Below, one piece after another: positions 1 through 12,164 of a stretch of 64,000 bases of DNA. A program made the translations under genes and the position numbers. Under the pieces are notes generated by a model. It did not search any database. It was not told the origin of the DNA and was given only the letters and a program-made list of their open reading frames with translations. The stretch is from Leptogorgia sarmentosa (lineage: Eukaryota): assembly GCA_964658305.1 (NCBI GenBank), contig OZ210885.1, positions 12,586,001-12,650,000 of the forward strand. The letters run 5' to 3'. How positions within the stretch are numbered: position 1 is the stretch's first letter; every line of letters starts with the position of its first letter.

Positions 1-939
1 TTTTAGTTCGTGTATTTCTGCACACCTGTTTTTTTTGAAACTTCAAAGAACAAAACTCTTAATGATCTAGTTTGGGACTATCAGGGCTTTTTGAGAGGAG
101 GTCATTGCCCAGGAAGAAACGGGTTCGCAACGTGTCTAACGACGCGTCTTGCCGAAATATCTTTTCGTACTTCGCGTCCGAATCTTTCTCGTAGAGAAGG
201 CGACAGACTCCTCGGACGGGCTCCTTGCTATCGCTCTTGTTCATCCTCTGGAACACGTGATCAGCCTGTGTCATTTGTCCAGGGTGGCAATAAGGGAGGT
301 GACATCCCACCAAAACAATTCACATGCAACAATTTAACAAATGTAAGTCCGTTAGCACAACACATGATAGGTAGCAAATTGGCATAGCTAAGTTTGCTGT
401 CAATTTCTTTATGAAAGCTTTTCAAACAATATCAGTATAATTGTTGCCGAGGACCGAGGACCGGCTATAAATATTAAAAATATTCCAACATTTAACTAAA
501 TAGTTGCGTGTAAATGAATATATAAATGTAATAGATATAATTATTAATACGTTTTATGAATTAAGTAATTCTCTGGGTTTTCATGCACCAAGTCATTGGC
601 TTACTTTTGCTCCACTGTACGAGTGGCATACTAGGGGTTTTTTTTCTGGCTGCTCTTTGCGGCTTCTTATGGTCAATGTTTTTTACCATAGTCTCCTATT
701 ACAGGAGCAGTATTCTCATGGGTGATCACCTGCTATATAACAGCATAGTTTATAGCTTCAAGTATGCCACTGAATACACTTACTCGTTGTTACATTTTAT
801 GAAGGTGAAACCAATAAATGCCAAATCCTTTCCGTTGCGGTGGTCTTTACTTCCCAACTTGCTGCGTGCTTCTTTTGTCAGGTTGAGGTGCTTGATTGAA
901 ACTTTCGCTCTTATATTAAGGACAAACGCTGTGCTTTCT

Positions 940-1320
940 TGGGTCTCTGGTTCGGCAATGTATAAAACGTCTCTCATACCGTTTATACTAGCTTTCTTGA
1001 ATTCGATCACTTTCTTCACGAGTTGTTGGTGATTTAGGCAACTTCTTTTCGTGTCATCAACAGTTAAATGTTCCAATTCCTTTCTTACTCGATATGGACC
1101 TCTTCCAAACACAGCACGTTCCTCGTTTCGCTGTTTTGTCTGTATGATTTTCTTTATCTTCTCCACAAACTCGTGGAGCTTGCTTGCATTAAAATTGAGA
1201 TCATGCTTGATCATAAAATTGGCGGATTCGGAATCATTATTCTTGTACTCCACCGGTGGATTTCCTAATCCGGCGTCGACTCGAACAGGTTTTAACATCG
1301 AGTTTTTCATCTCATTTGCC
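940..1320 (-). pseudogene. Fragment of a MULE-like transposase-related protein (one exon)
   Basis: Peptide KNSMLKPVRVDAGLGNPPVEYKNNDSESANFMIK has the NNxSESxN motif typical of the C-terminal catalytic Glu region of MULE-type transposases. It is preceded by a tttttag acceptor at ~1320. Confidence 0.45.
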
Positions 1321-1776
1321 TAAAAACAGGAAAATGAACAGGTTGATAAATGGGGGACACACCGACATATACACATACTCAAATGTAAATGAATATATTT
1401 TTCTTTCCGCGATCACATTGAACAATCCAGCATTTGTTGAGTTTTCTATTGCATGCTATTAGAAAGTATTTTTGATAGTAGTATTTTAAAAATTTTAGCA
1501 CAATTGGTAGCTATAAATCGTAAAGTGGCCTTAAAACCTTTAAGGTTGAAGACATGCAAATTAGCGACATACTTTTGACAAATACGATGAACTATATAGA
1601 TCTTGCATCGAGTGATGACTGATATCTTTTTGTTGTAAACTCAAACGAGTGTTCATTTCTAATATATAGAAGTTTACCATCCATTAATTAATAATATTTA
1701 AATATGACAAGTTTCGACGTCAAATGCACACAATATTTTTGTCCTACTGTCATGTTACACGAAACACATCACACCT

Positions 1777-2440
1777 TCATTCCTTGTTGCTCTTCTTGAG
1801 ATATTTTCGTATCTGTCTTTTATTACTGGTTTTTAATTTGGACATTTCATCAAGATCAAACGCAGTTAGATAAAAGCATTCTTTTGGAAGCTCGTCCGTC
1901 CATGGCTTTCCTCCGCGGTTAGACAAGGAACCCACCTCTTGTTCCACAACCCCTTCCAGTAATGGATAGTGATTGTTTTCTTTTTTTTTGTAAAACTTTA
2001 CCAATTACTGGGACATCCTTATGACCTAACAATGAGGTAGCTACGAAAGACGACTCTTTAACATGGGTGCAAAGATCGGAAACCGATTGCACTTCAGCCG
2101 GACGCATGTAGGGGCCTGTGTAGACCTGTAAGGAACAACACAATGAAAAGCGAATTGTTGTAGTTTCCTAAATCAGTAATCAGAGAGAATGTTTGCTTCG
2201 CCATTTAACCAAGAAATAAATTTATAGAGCTACCTCAGGTTATTGCTCCAGCTGAGATGACACTAAGTTCAAAACTTCGGGTGACGCACCAACAGGAACT
2301 TCAGGCATTTCACTATTTTCATTATCCAACTCTGGTACACTCACGCAAATATGACTAAATTCCAGTAACTTCAGTTCATCTAGGAGCCATGTTTCTGGTT
2401 TCATTGGCGCGGACGTATATATGTGTCTGAAGCAGAGTCG
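1777..2440 (-). pseudogene. Decayed C-terminal exons of an uncharacterised, probably transposon-derived protein (paralogous to 19057-19500)
   Basis: WLLDELK...YTGPY...VPVIGKV...KPWTDELPKEC...KRQIRKYLK spread over shifted frames. The same motifs occur at 19057-19500. Confidence 0.45.
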
Positions 2441-3107
2441 AAGAAATCTTTCCACCATTCCTTAGCCTCCTCTTTAATCACTGTACAATTGTCCAGAAAC
2501 TTTTGCACAATGACTTTGAAAACACGGTACACTTTATTGCTTTTTTTAATTAAAGTTCATAAATATTCTAAACTCCACCATTTCCTTTACTTCATAGTAC
2601 TTTCCTTTACTTTCGTGCTTTCGTGCGACATTTGTCAAAGGATTAAAATAAAAAACACAATCGTATTGTCCGATAGTTAATACGAGTAAATTGTAATTAA
2701 CTGAAACAATATATACAAATGAAAACAACCTAAGTTCAAAAATAATTTCAACACTAAGTCTAAATGTGACCTTCCATGGGATTTCATACGTTAACGATTT
2801 TTCGTTGAAACGGCAAAACAAACAGTAAACGAACGGATAGCAAACGCTTTGTGTAAACGTTTCAACGATCTTTCAAAACGTTCGAACGATATCGGCAAAA
2901 AAATTTAACGGAAAATCCCAAAAATTTTAACGGTTTGAAAAACGTTTTCGTGAAGCCGTTCAAACGGTATACTTTGAAACGTTTATCGACACAGTCATTC
3001 AGTCAAACGCTTTTGTGAGCAAGCTTTAAAACTTAAAAATTGCAATTGGCAACAACATTGCCACAAAATTTAGCTATATAACTCAGTAGTACTATACCGC
3101 CTATATG

Positions 3108-3197
3108 GCGCCGGAAGTAAATAGTATGCAGAAGTGTGTCCAAGATAGCGCCGGAAGTAAATAGTATGCAGTGCGCGCCGGAAGTAAATAGTATGCA
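3108..3197. repeat. Three copies of gcgccggaagtaaatagtatgca
   Basis: Direct repeats read in the sequence at ~3108, ~3148 and ~3175. Confidence 0.85.
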
Positions 3198-3639
3198 TTA
3201 GGAATATAGCGGAAAAAGTAATTAATATGCGCGCCAGAGGTAATTAATATACGGGAGCGAGTAATTAGTATCGGTGTATTATTAACATTTTCAAAAAATA
3301 TTTACAGTTAAATAGAGTGCCAGAGGCATCCACAGAGTGTAATTTCACCGCACTCAATGCAAAAATTGAAAGTTAATCGATTGAATATTTCTTTTACAAT
3401 GTCTACGGATTTTTTGTGCACATGTGTCCCGCAGCAGTTGGTTTATTGCGGCTCTTCGTCTTCGTTTTCAAACACAACCAGCATATTCCGTACGTGCTCG
3501 CTGTTCGTTCGTGCATCGTTTGGCCTTGATTTTGGCAGCAGTACCCTTCGTGTTCGTGCCTGTTTGCGGGGCCCTCTAGGTGGTAACGCTAAGGCGGTGG
3601 TCTTTACTTCCAACCTTGCTGCGTGCTTCTGTTGTACAG

Positions 3640-4294
3640 CCATGTCGATAGAGTTTACTTTTCTTTTCTTCAATACGTCATCATTCTGCACAGGAATATT
3701 TTTTCTCTTACCAGGGGAAGGCCTTCGTGGCTTGGCTACCGGCTTTACATTGCTTAGCCTCCTTTTCAATTGTTTTAGCACAGCACCCTATACAAAATTT
3801 GAGATGTATAAGCTCCAGAAACATAATTCAAGCTCACTGAAAAACCATGAATGCTGCAGTTGATGATCAAGTACAATATGCATTTTGCCACGGAAACCAT
3901 GAGACATTTTTATTACAGTGGTTTAGCATATACCATTAATTAATAGACACAATCCCATTGCACCTAACAGTCTAGAACATAATATTCAGTATGTGGCTTA
4001 AAGGTTGTTACTTACATGGCCGGTTTCTTCATCATTGAGACAAGGATACTTCCGAATGAGCATCCTTGCCATTGCTTCTAACTCCCCCCTTTCGGGGAAG
4101 CGATTAAATGGTGCTGAGGAAGCGGCCGACACCATGTTGTTGATTGTGCCACGTATTAGCCGCTCCCTCAGCTTTTTTTCCAACTTTCCATGTTTATTTA
4201 TTGCTGTTTCAATTTCGACATCACTGTAACATATGTAATGAGGTTTTTCCGTCATTCCTGAAATCGAAGAAAAATCAGTGTTATCGTCAATCAT
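3640..4294 (-). pseudogene. Two-exon fragment of a SAMD3-like, transposon-associated uncharacterised protein
   Basis: ...ELEAMARMLIRKYPCLNDEETGH|gtaagt (donor 4015) joins in phase 0 to tag|GAVLKQLKRRLSN (exon start 3787). The LIxKYPCLxD...LKxRLxN pattern resembles accessory ORFs of CACTA-like elements. Confidence 0.4.
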
Positions 4295-4329
4295 TCAATA
4301 TCAATGTTATAAACACCAAAGCTTCTGAA

Positions 4330-4720
4330 GCATACAGTCATCAGTATGGTTGGCGTCCCTCTAACTATGCAAATCATGTTGTAGTTAAAAGTTTCTCTGG
4401 TGCTACTGTTAATGACACGGAAGATTATTTAAAGCCGGTTCTTCGTAAAGAGCCAAATAAAATCATTTTGCATGCAGCAACAAAACAGAGTAGCTGAAGG
4501 TATTGCAAACCTAGGCACCCAAATTAAAGAAGAATCCCCAACAATCAGCATTGTGATCTCAAGTATATTACGAAGATCAGATAATGCAGATTTATCAACA
4601 AAAGCATTAGAAGTAAATAGACTTACTAAATCAATTTGCTCCAAAAACAAATTATTTATATTGAACATAAAACGGTGAACAAATCATGCCTTAATTCACG
4701 TGTCTTGCATTTAAATAGTT
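4330..4720 (+). mobile_element. Relic of CR1/L2 LINE ORF1 SGNH (GDSL) esterase
   Basis: VVVKSFSGAT..DYLKPVLRKEPNKIILH / IVISSILRRSD / SCLNSRVLHLN: SGNH-type blocks, frameshifted and partly deleted. Confidence 0.75.
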
Positions 4721-7700
4721 GACCTGCATCTGAGGACGAAAGCGGACTTATAACCTAATTAATATTATTATCGAGACGAAAGCATCAGGAAAATTGCCGA
4801 TTCTTATTGGTTGCCGCTTCTGAATTTGCATGCTTTGGTCAAATTGTTGGTTGCTATAGGTTGTGGCGAAACGGGACGAATTCTGGCCAAGGCCTATACG
4901 TCGCTGTTATGACAAACTTTATAGCGTCAAAGAATGGTAATTGAGGTGTCATACTCTTATTATCCTTGTTTGAATTGCATTTTACACGACGCAAGTTTGA
5001 CATAACAGCGACGTATAAACTAGGCCTAAACCATGCGTATGATAGCTGCGTTCATATGTCTGCATGTTGGGTATTTCGTGAAGCGGAACTTTCAATCGAT
5101 CGATTGTACCATAGCTTACCATATAGTTATACCGACTAACAATATTCGAAAAAGGTCATAGACATCGTCATAGTTACGTTTCAGATAATTTCCAGAGTGA
5201 AGGAAATACTTTATTTCAGTGAAGAAAATTTTTCAAAACAGGAGTTGTCATATTCAAATTTGTTGTTTAGTTGTTAGTTGGCAGATCGAATTGATTAATG
5301 CATAAAAAAACACAATGACAAGATCATCAAAGTACTTAGGCTTCAAATATTTGGATTGAGTTATAGCTGAGAACGCCTTATAGTGATCATGGAGAACGAA
5401 ATTGTTAATTTGAATGTTGTATTTGTTAATAATATCTTCCAAATTTTGTTTACAATCCTACCCCATATACATTAATATTATTTCGCGAGTTATTTCCCTG
5501 AATATCCGGCAAGAGATGTATTCAGCGAATTGGAAAAATGCGAACATCTGTTCTGGAGTCCGACAGCCGAAAGTGTGCAACGTTTAGAGAAATAGTCCAA
5601 GATGTTGGCGCTGTAATGTCTTTGTACACTAGACAAAGCTATCCCAGAGTCCGGAATAGTACATTCAATGCAAATTGAATGAGATCAACTGCATAAATTT
5701 TTTTTGAAATCACTTCGCGAAAAGAAGAAAAAAAGCTTGAAAGAAAGCAAAAAAATGAAAAGGAACCAACTCGCTGCTGGCGAGTCGGGACCATATCCTC
5801 TGAGCTAACGAAGCTCGACAAAATTGACGGTAAAAACCTTTTATATGAATTGATTTTGCAATACAATATATAAAGTACGCGCGGTTACTAAGCAAGTGAT
5901 CCCAAAAATTTTTTTTGCCAACCGCATACGTTTAGTTATCATCTCGCTATGAATGTATCCTGAAATTGCAGTGTTAAGTGCATTGTTCATGGTGAGTCCA
6001 ACCACGACAGACAGAGCAGTCCGTTTTGTTCTACCAATGCTGTGGACTCTAGAAACTTAGTTTCCCCTGGCGGAGTAGCCGCAATTGATGGGACCAGACG
6101 CGAGATACAACGACCTCAAACTGAACCACAGCAGCAGTTCTATGGTGCCAGCGACATAAATAGGGTGCTTTGCGATTGTTTGTGAAAAATTTGGCTCTCT
6201 AAAAACCAAATTTACCCTTAAATATTCTGTGAGTATGTATGATCCGTATGTGTGTAGGTTCAAAACAGAATACTTGAAACTGTATCTGATTTCGTTTGTT
6301 TTGTCTCGGGCTTAATAAACGCAAAAACCCGTTTTAATACAAGCTACAAATTCTATTTTCCTGGGATTGAATGTTTCAACCATTCTGTATGGCAAAGCGT
6401 CAAAATATAGTAGATTTTCCGTGATCACAATGACACCGCGGGTCCGCGGGCAGTCCAAACATGTACAAATGTGTCAGTGCCGACACGCTTTACTTGTAAA
6501 GGAAGCTCATATAACTATCAGGCAGTAATCAATGCTTGAAATTATTATATATTTACCTGCTCAGATTCTTCACCTTCGACGATAGTTCTTGAAATAAGGA
6601 AAAACACTTTAGCGTGCCTTTCATCGTACCGATCAGAAGGGACATTTTCCCGAAATCTTTGTTTACTGAACTAACCTTGCCTCAGGCGGTAAATCCGCCA
6701 TGAGCAATCTACCATTATCTGAGCCATCAAGCAGTGATGGATCTGTCTCTTAATACTTGTTGTTCGTTTCTCTCTCTGAGAAAATTTCTTTCTTCTTCCA
6801 GACGCTAAAATGGCAGGACATACAAACGTGCTACATGAAGAGTGCACAACATAGTGATTCTAAAACGAAGTATCGTATCAAATCACGCATAATTTGCGTG
6901 AAACACATGCATTGCATTAATTATTTTACTTTCTCCTGTCAAATTCTGTCATCGTTCTGTTTGACCAGCACTTAAAAATTGTAATTCATACCTCATTTTC
7001 CCCCTGCAGCTGAACAAGTTTAGCGGCCAGCCGCTTGCATTCCATCTCAGCCTAAAAATAGAACGTGTATATTATATATTTAGTTGAGTGAAACATTTCT
7101 TAAGATCCAGGACTCGTTCCGGTCAAAAATAGAAAAGACTGAAGCAAAATATTTTGCTAAATACTGCATAGAAATCGACAGAAATATTCATGAGAATCTT
7201 TTGTGTTGTACACGTGGGCTTTGTAATAAATTGTGATCGATAAAAAGCGAATGCAGTGATTAACAATTATTGGACGAGGTTTTTGTGATATGCGGAATTA
7301 TCAAGGTCGAGGTAAGCGTTATCAGCCGAGCCGAAACCGAATTCAAAAATTGTTTTATTATACATTTGAAGAATAACAAACAAAGTATTAATGCATGAAA
7401 AACTTCATTTATCAAAACATAGGCTCATTTTGTACATAATTAGTTATCTGCTAGCAGATAACTGGATTTCTTGTGGGTTGCGTGATTGCGCGATTTAACT
7501 GTAAGCTCTTAGCCAATCAGATTGCTTTTACCATCTACAATGTATAATAATCAACCTTGTCCCCTCTTTGTGCATTTTCCGCCACACACGTTTTTAAGTG
7601 ATCAACCTGCAAATAAATAAATGTAAAATATTCAATACGAAATCCAAACACGTAGGTTTCTCCTCGTGTTCTGGAGACACAAGTTTTATTGCCTATTAAT

Positions 7701-8204
7701 TTTCAAGAAGATTGAAAATGATCTCCGCAACCTTGTTGTCTTATACAAAATACCTTTTTCTCGTAATTTTCCAGCCTTCTTTCTATCGATTCTTTTTTCC
7801 GTAGATCCTAAAGATAATTACGAAAGAATTTTTTGACTGTGTAAAAATCTCCCACAGAACACTTGAATGAAAAAACACAGGACACACGAACGATCCATCC
7901 AGTCACGTACTTCTTGTTTGTCGATTTCTTGTTGCAAATTTTGCTCCGTCAATTTCTCTAAATAACGTAAGAAAAAGCAATCAAGTTACCATGAAGATTA
8001 AACACAACTTCAGTAACTAATCAATGATGGTATTAAGAAATAATCAAAAATCCTTACTAAACTTCTTCTCGTATTCGGCAATTGTGGTTTCATATTCAGC
8101 CTAAAGAAATGAAAGTGTCTGATTACGGTTATATCACGGTTCGTTTACAGCAACAACGAAGTCATCGGCTTCAGAATTTTTAGATTAATTTCTTATAGAA
8201 ATAC

Positions 8205-8323
8205 CATAGGTAGCCCAACGCACGCATGACGTAACATTCAGTAGTATAATATGATCATATATATCATAATATATCATATTATACTACTGGATGTTACGTC
8301 ATGCGTTCGTTGGGCTACCTATG
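8205..8323. mobile_element. 119-bp palindromic MITE, P-element-like (CATAG ends, 7-bp TSD GAAATAC)
   Basis: cataggtagcccaacg...cgttgggctacctatg, flanked by gaaatac at 8198-8204 and 8324-8330. Confidence 0.75.
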
Positions 8324-8656
8324 GAAATACTCCTCCAGCCGTATTATAACAAGATATGATCTTATATCAACGTATAACATGTGCATTTATATTTAATAAA
8401 GCACCGATCGTTCTACATGTGTTGTTAGATTATTGAAAGTTTGTGCACGATGGCGTTTCAACATGAGGCTGAATGGATAATACATTAAAAAACGTACGAC
8501 AGTTTCTTTCGTGTGGCGAAGGACATGAACTTCATCTCGTAACTCTCTAGATTCTTGAGCCAGACTTTGAAGTTGTGCTATCTATAATACAAAAAAACAC
8601 GACTCAAAAACATGTCAGTGCTTTTTATGTTTTAATGTAATTGCTGTTCTTTAAAT

Positions 8657-9389
8657 TCGAAGACTTGAAGACTCGATAGTCGATGAATCGAAGACTTGAA
8701 GAATGGAAGACTTGAAGAATGGAAGACTTGAAAAATCGAAGACTTGAAAAATCGAAGACTTGACGAATCGAAGACTTGACGAATCGAAGACTTGACGAAT
8801 CGAAGACTTGACGAATCGAAGACTTGACGAATCGAAGACTTGACGAATCGAAGACTTGACGAATCGAAGACTTGACGAATCGAAGACTTGACGAATCGAA
8901 GACTTGACGAATCGAAGACTTGACGAATCGAAGACTTGACGAATCGAAGACTTGACGAATCGAAGACTTGACGAATCGAAGACTTGACGAATCGAAGACT
9001 TGACGAATCGAAGACTTGACGAATCGAAGACTTGACGAATCGAAGACTTGACGAATCGAAGACTTGACGAATCGAAGACTTGACGAATCGAAGACTTGAC
9101 GAATCGAAGACTTGACGAATCGAAGACTTGACGAATCGAAGACTTGACGAATCGAAGACTTGACGAATCGAAGACTTGACGAATCGAAGACTTGACGAAT
9201 CGAAGACTTGACGAATCGAAGACTTGACGAATCGAAGACTTGACGAATCGAAGACTTGACGAATCGAAGACTTGACGAATCGAAGACTTGAAGAATCGAA
9301 GACTTGAAGAATCGAAGACTTGAAGAATCGAAGACTTGAAGAATCGAAGACTTCAAGAATCGAAGACTTCAAGAATCGAAGACTTGAAG
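8657..9389. repeat. 16-bp minisatellite (GAATCGAAGACTTGAC)n, roughly 45 units
   Basis: Homogeneous core with variant units at both edges. Confidence 0.97.
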
Positions 9390-9442
9390 AAGTGTTGTGA
9401 ATCCCCTTTATGTTTCTGCGTGGTGGTGCCAAGTGTTGTGAA

Positions 9443-9740
9443 TTCCGTACGTGTTCGTTGTTCGTTCGTGCATCGTTTGGCCTTGATTTTGGCAGCAGTA
9501 CTCCTCGTGTTCGTGCCTGTTTGCGGGGCCCTCTAGGGGGTAACGCTGAGGCGGTGGTCTTTACTTCCAACCTTGCTGCGTGCCTCTGTTGTTAGGTTGA
9601 GGTGCTTGACTGAAACCTGACGTCTCAGTTCCTCTTATCTTTTGTCCGTGTTTTGAGAAATTAGATCCTCGTTTGCCACGCATAGTGTGGGCCTTAGCGT
9701 ACACAGTTAACAGTTAATAAGTTCTTTCGAGACTGGGATC
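9443..9740. repeat. Local dispersed repeat; other copies at ~838-903, 3483-3633 and 16476-16724
   Basis: Shared core cggtggtctttacttccaaccttgctgcgtgc(t/c)tctgttg..aggttgaggtgcttga, with all copies in the same orientation. Confidence 0.85.
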
Positions 9741-11577
9741 TCGTTTAAGCTTACATTAGGAGTAATACATAGTAATCTTGTTGAGATGCACACAGTTTTT
9801 TCAGTATTAAAAGTTAGTTTTTATTTCGAGACTGGGATCTCGTTTAAGCTTACATTAGGATACTTACGCGGATACGAACGTGAGGAAGGCTCTAATCCAT
9901 CTTACTATAGCTGAGCGTACGTTCAATTTTTGCAACTCGGCGATTATAGACTAGTGTGATGATCGACTAAGTCGAATTTACTATAATACAGAAAGAATGC
10001 TCCGATTCAAACGGGTAAAAATTCTCCAACCTTATTTATACTCCAACCAATATTGAATAACGAATACAGTGTGTCCAAAACGTAACTCTCGAGATTCTTG
10101 AGCCAGACCTTGAAGTTGTGCTATCTATAATACAAAAAAAAACACGACTTAAAAACATGTCAGTGCTTTTTATCTTTTAATGTAAATGCTGCTCTTTAAA
10201 TTCGATCTACTCACTTCCTCACACGAAACTATGTGTTCTTTCATGTATAAGTCGCATCTAATACGAAGTTGATCCCTATCTATAAATAATGGTGAAATTT
10301 GTAAGGAAAAAACCGACTCTTGAAAAAAGAAAGAAAACAAAACAAACAATCCAGTAGTAGAAAAAGTTTGAACACGAACATACTTGATTCAAGAGCGTAG
10401 TTCTCTTCCCTTAGTTTGACTACCTCTTCCCTCAATTGTTCAACCTCTAGTCGAAGCCTGAAACATTCATCTTCTCTGCAAAAATAATTGCCTGTCAGGG
10501 ACTGTAGTATCTTCATATCCCTGATTTTATGAGTAATACAAGCAAGCATTTCAAACGCTTCTTGAAAACTTTCCAGTAGTTACTGCATACCGTAAACACA
10601 TTGTTTATTGGACAACATAGAACCATAGAACTTAATTATACTATAGTCTTAAAATGTAATGCAATGTTAATGCAACAATGGGGGGCTCAACTTGCTTTTC
10701 CCTGCATCGCACTTGTGCTTTACTGCAGTGTATAGTCCTCTTCAAGAAAAAGATTTATAAATTTTTAAAGCAGTTTACGAACCCCATATTGGTTGTTTTC
10801 GGTTCTTAGCTGTTTTTTAAGAACTTGAATTTTCAGATCTTCATTTTCAACTTCTAGGAACGAGTTGTGCTCTCTCAACATTGATAATTAACTACATTGT
10901 AGGAATTAAAACAAATTTATATGTATACCTACAAGCCATCACTTTTCTTTATTGATTGTTGTAAACTTATGCTGCAAAACCTGGTTTAGTCATTTACTCA
11001 GCGTTACACAATGAAATATGTGCCACTAAAAAAAATTAATGATCGACCATAACAGTACATATGCTCATACTTGTCCATCTTATTCATGACATCTTTGCGA
11101 GATGTCTTCATTTTCTTGTATCGATAAATTCAATCGATGCTGAAAAAATACACATAATTACACGGTTGAATTGTACTGTATCTCCTAAAGGCAAAAATCT
11201 TTGCCCCTCATACACTGTTGCAAATTAAAATTAGGTTTCCTTTCGAAACGATCCAATCTTTTAAAAACCACCCTCAAAATGCACGAAAACATGTTATTTT
11301 TTGAAAGTTTCTTGTCGGAACATGTCCCGAACCTTTTTAGAAGTTCGCGTCTAATAAGTAACAATAAAAGACGAGACGTTGAAAATATTTCAACCAATTT
11401 GACATTCAAGGTATATTGATCAAACACATGCTGGAAAATCGTCCGTGGCGTCGTTTGTGACGTACATGCACATCCGGGGGTTTATTAAAGGTGGACAACA
11501 GTTCGAGGCAAAAAACTTTCCGAGAATTGGCCATTTCCAAATCGAGCAGAAGACTGGCTCTAGTCGCTGGTTTGGAC

Positions 11578-11640
11578 CAATCTCGTACCCTGAGCCTGCG
11601 ATCTTCGTTTGGAAGATCGCAGGCTCAGGGTACGGGATTG
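11578..11640. mobile_element. 63-bp hairpin mini-MITE
   Basis: caatctcgtaccctgagcctgcgatcttc-gtttg-gaagatcgcaggctcagggtacgggattg is a near-perfect palindrome. No TSD seen. Confidence 0.65.
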
Positions 11641-12164
11641 TGGCGTGAAAAAATAAACAATATGCCGAATATGACAACTAAGAAGTTTTCCTACATTCCT
11701 AAAGTTTTTGGCGCAGCCTGAATATAAAAATGAAAAAAATCTTTTCAATATTAATATAATATTTCATTTACAGAAACTGAAATCAAAATATGAACAAGGA
11801 AAATTCACAGAGTACTGAAGCAGTTCACAGTTCTACATATGCTAGTATTCTTGATTCGGGTATGTTCATTGAATTTGGTGTAGTACTGTGCGCAAACAGC
11901 AATGTATACTGGATACAGCAAAACCTCGTAAAAATTTATTTTAGTTACTGCAATGTTCTATAAACAGAATGTGATTGATCATGATGCTTTCGACAGTCTT
12001 TCTCTATCTGCAATGGTAAACAAACACAACGATATCAATGCTTCAGTCCTATCAAATAATCATTGATGTTCTCTTCTTAAGGTTTTGCAAACGCTTGTCC
12101 TTTACTGACTGCAGTCATGAACACACTGTTAAATTCTTCTTTAGTTTTCATGTGGACGACCGGA

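Larger units (their letters stand above)
6557..11139 (-). pseudogene. Multi-exon Hook-family (microtubule-tethering coiled-coil adaptor) related pseudogene fragment
   Basis: AG/GT-bounded exons at 11071-11139 (ENEDISQRCHE*DGQ), ~10785-10891 (LSMLREHNSFLEVENEDL), 10384-10475, 8058-8100, 7911-7957, 7754-7807 (LENYEKK), 7556-7606 (..RGDK), 6992-7051 (AEMECKRLAAKLVQLQGENE), 6676-6804 (RLEEERNFLRERNEQ..LPPEAR) and 6557-6587. The motif order matches Hook coiled-coil segments. One stop and two frameshifts. Confidence 0.65.

Noticed and set aside
8657..9389. CRISPR-like array
   Set aside because: Contiguous tandem units without unique spacers and no cas genes. The same applies to the 77-bp and 20-bp repeats.
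8625..9570. 243-aa and 312-aa ORFs
   Set aside because: Translations of the stop-free 16-bp minisatellite; no evidence of coding.
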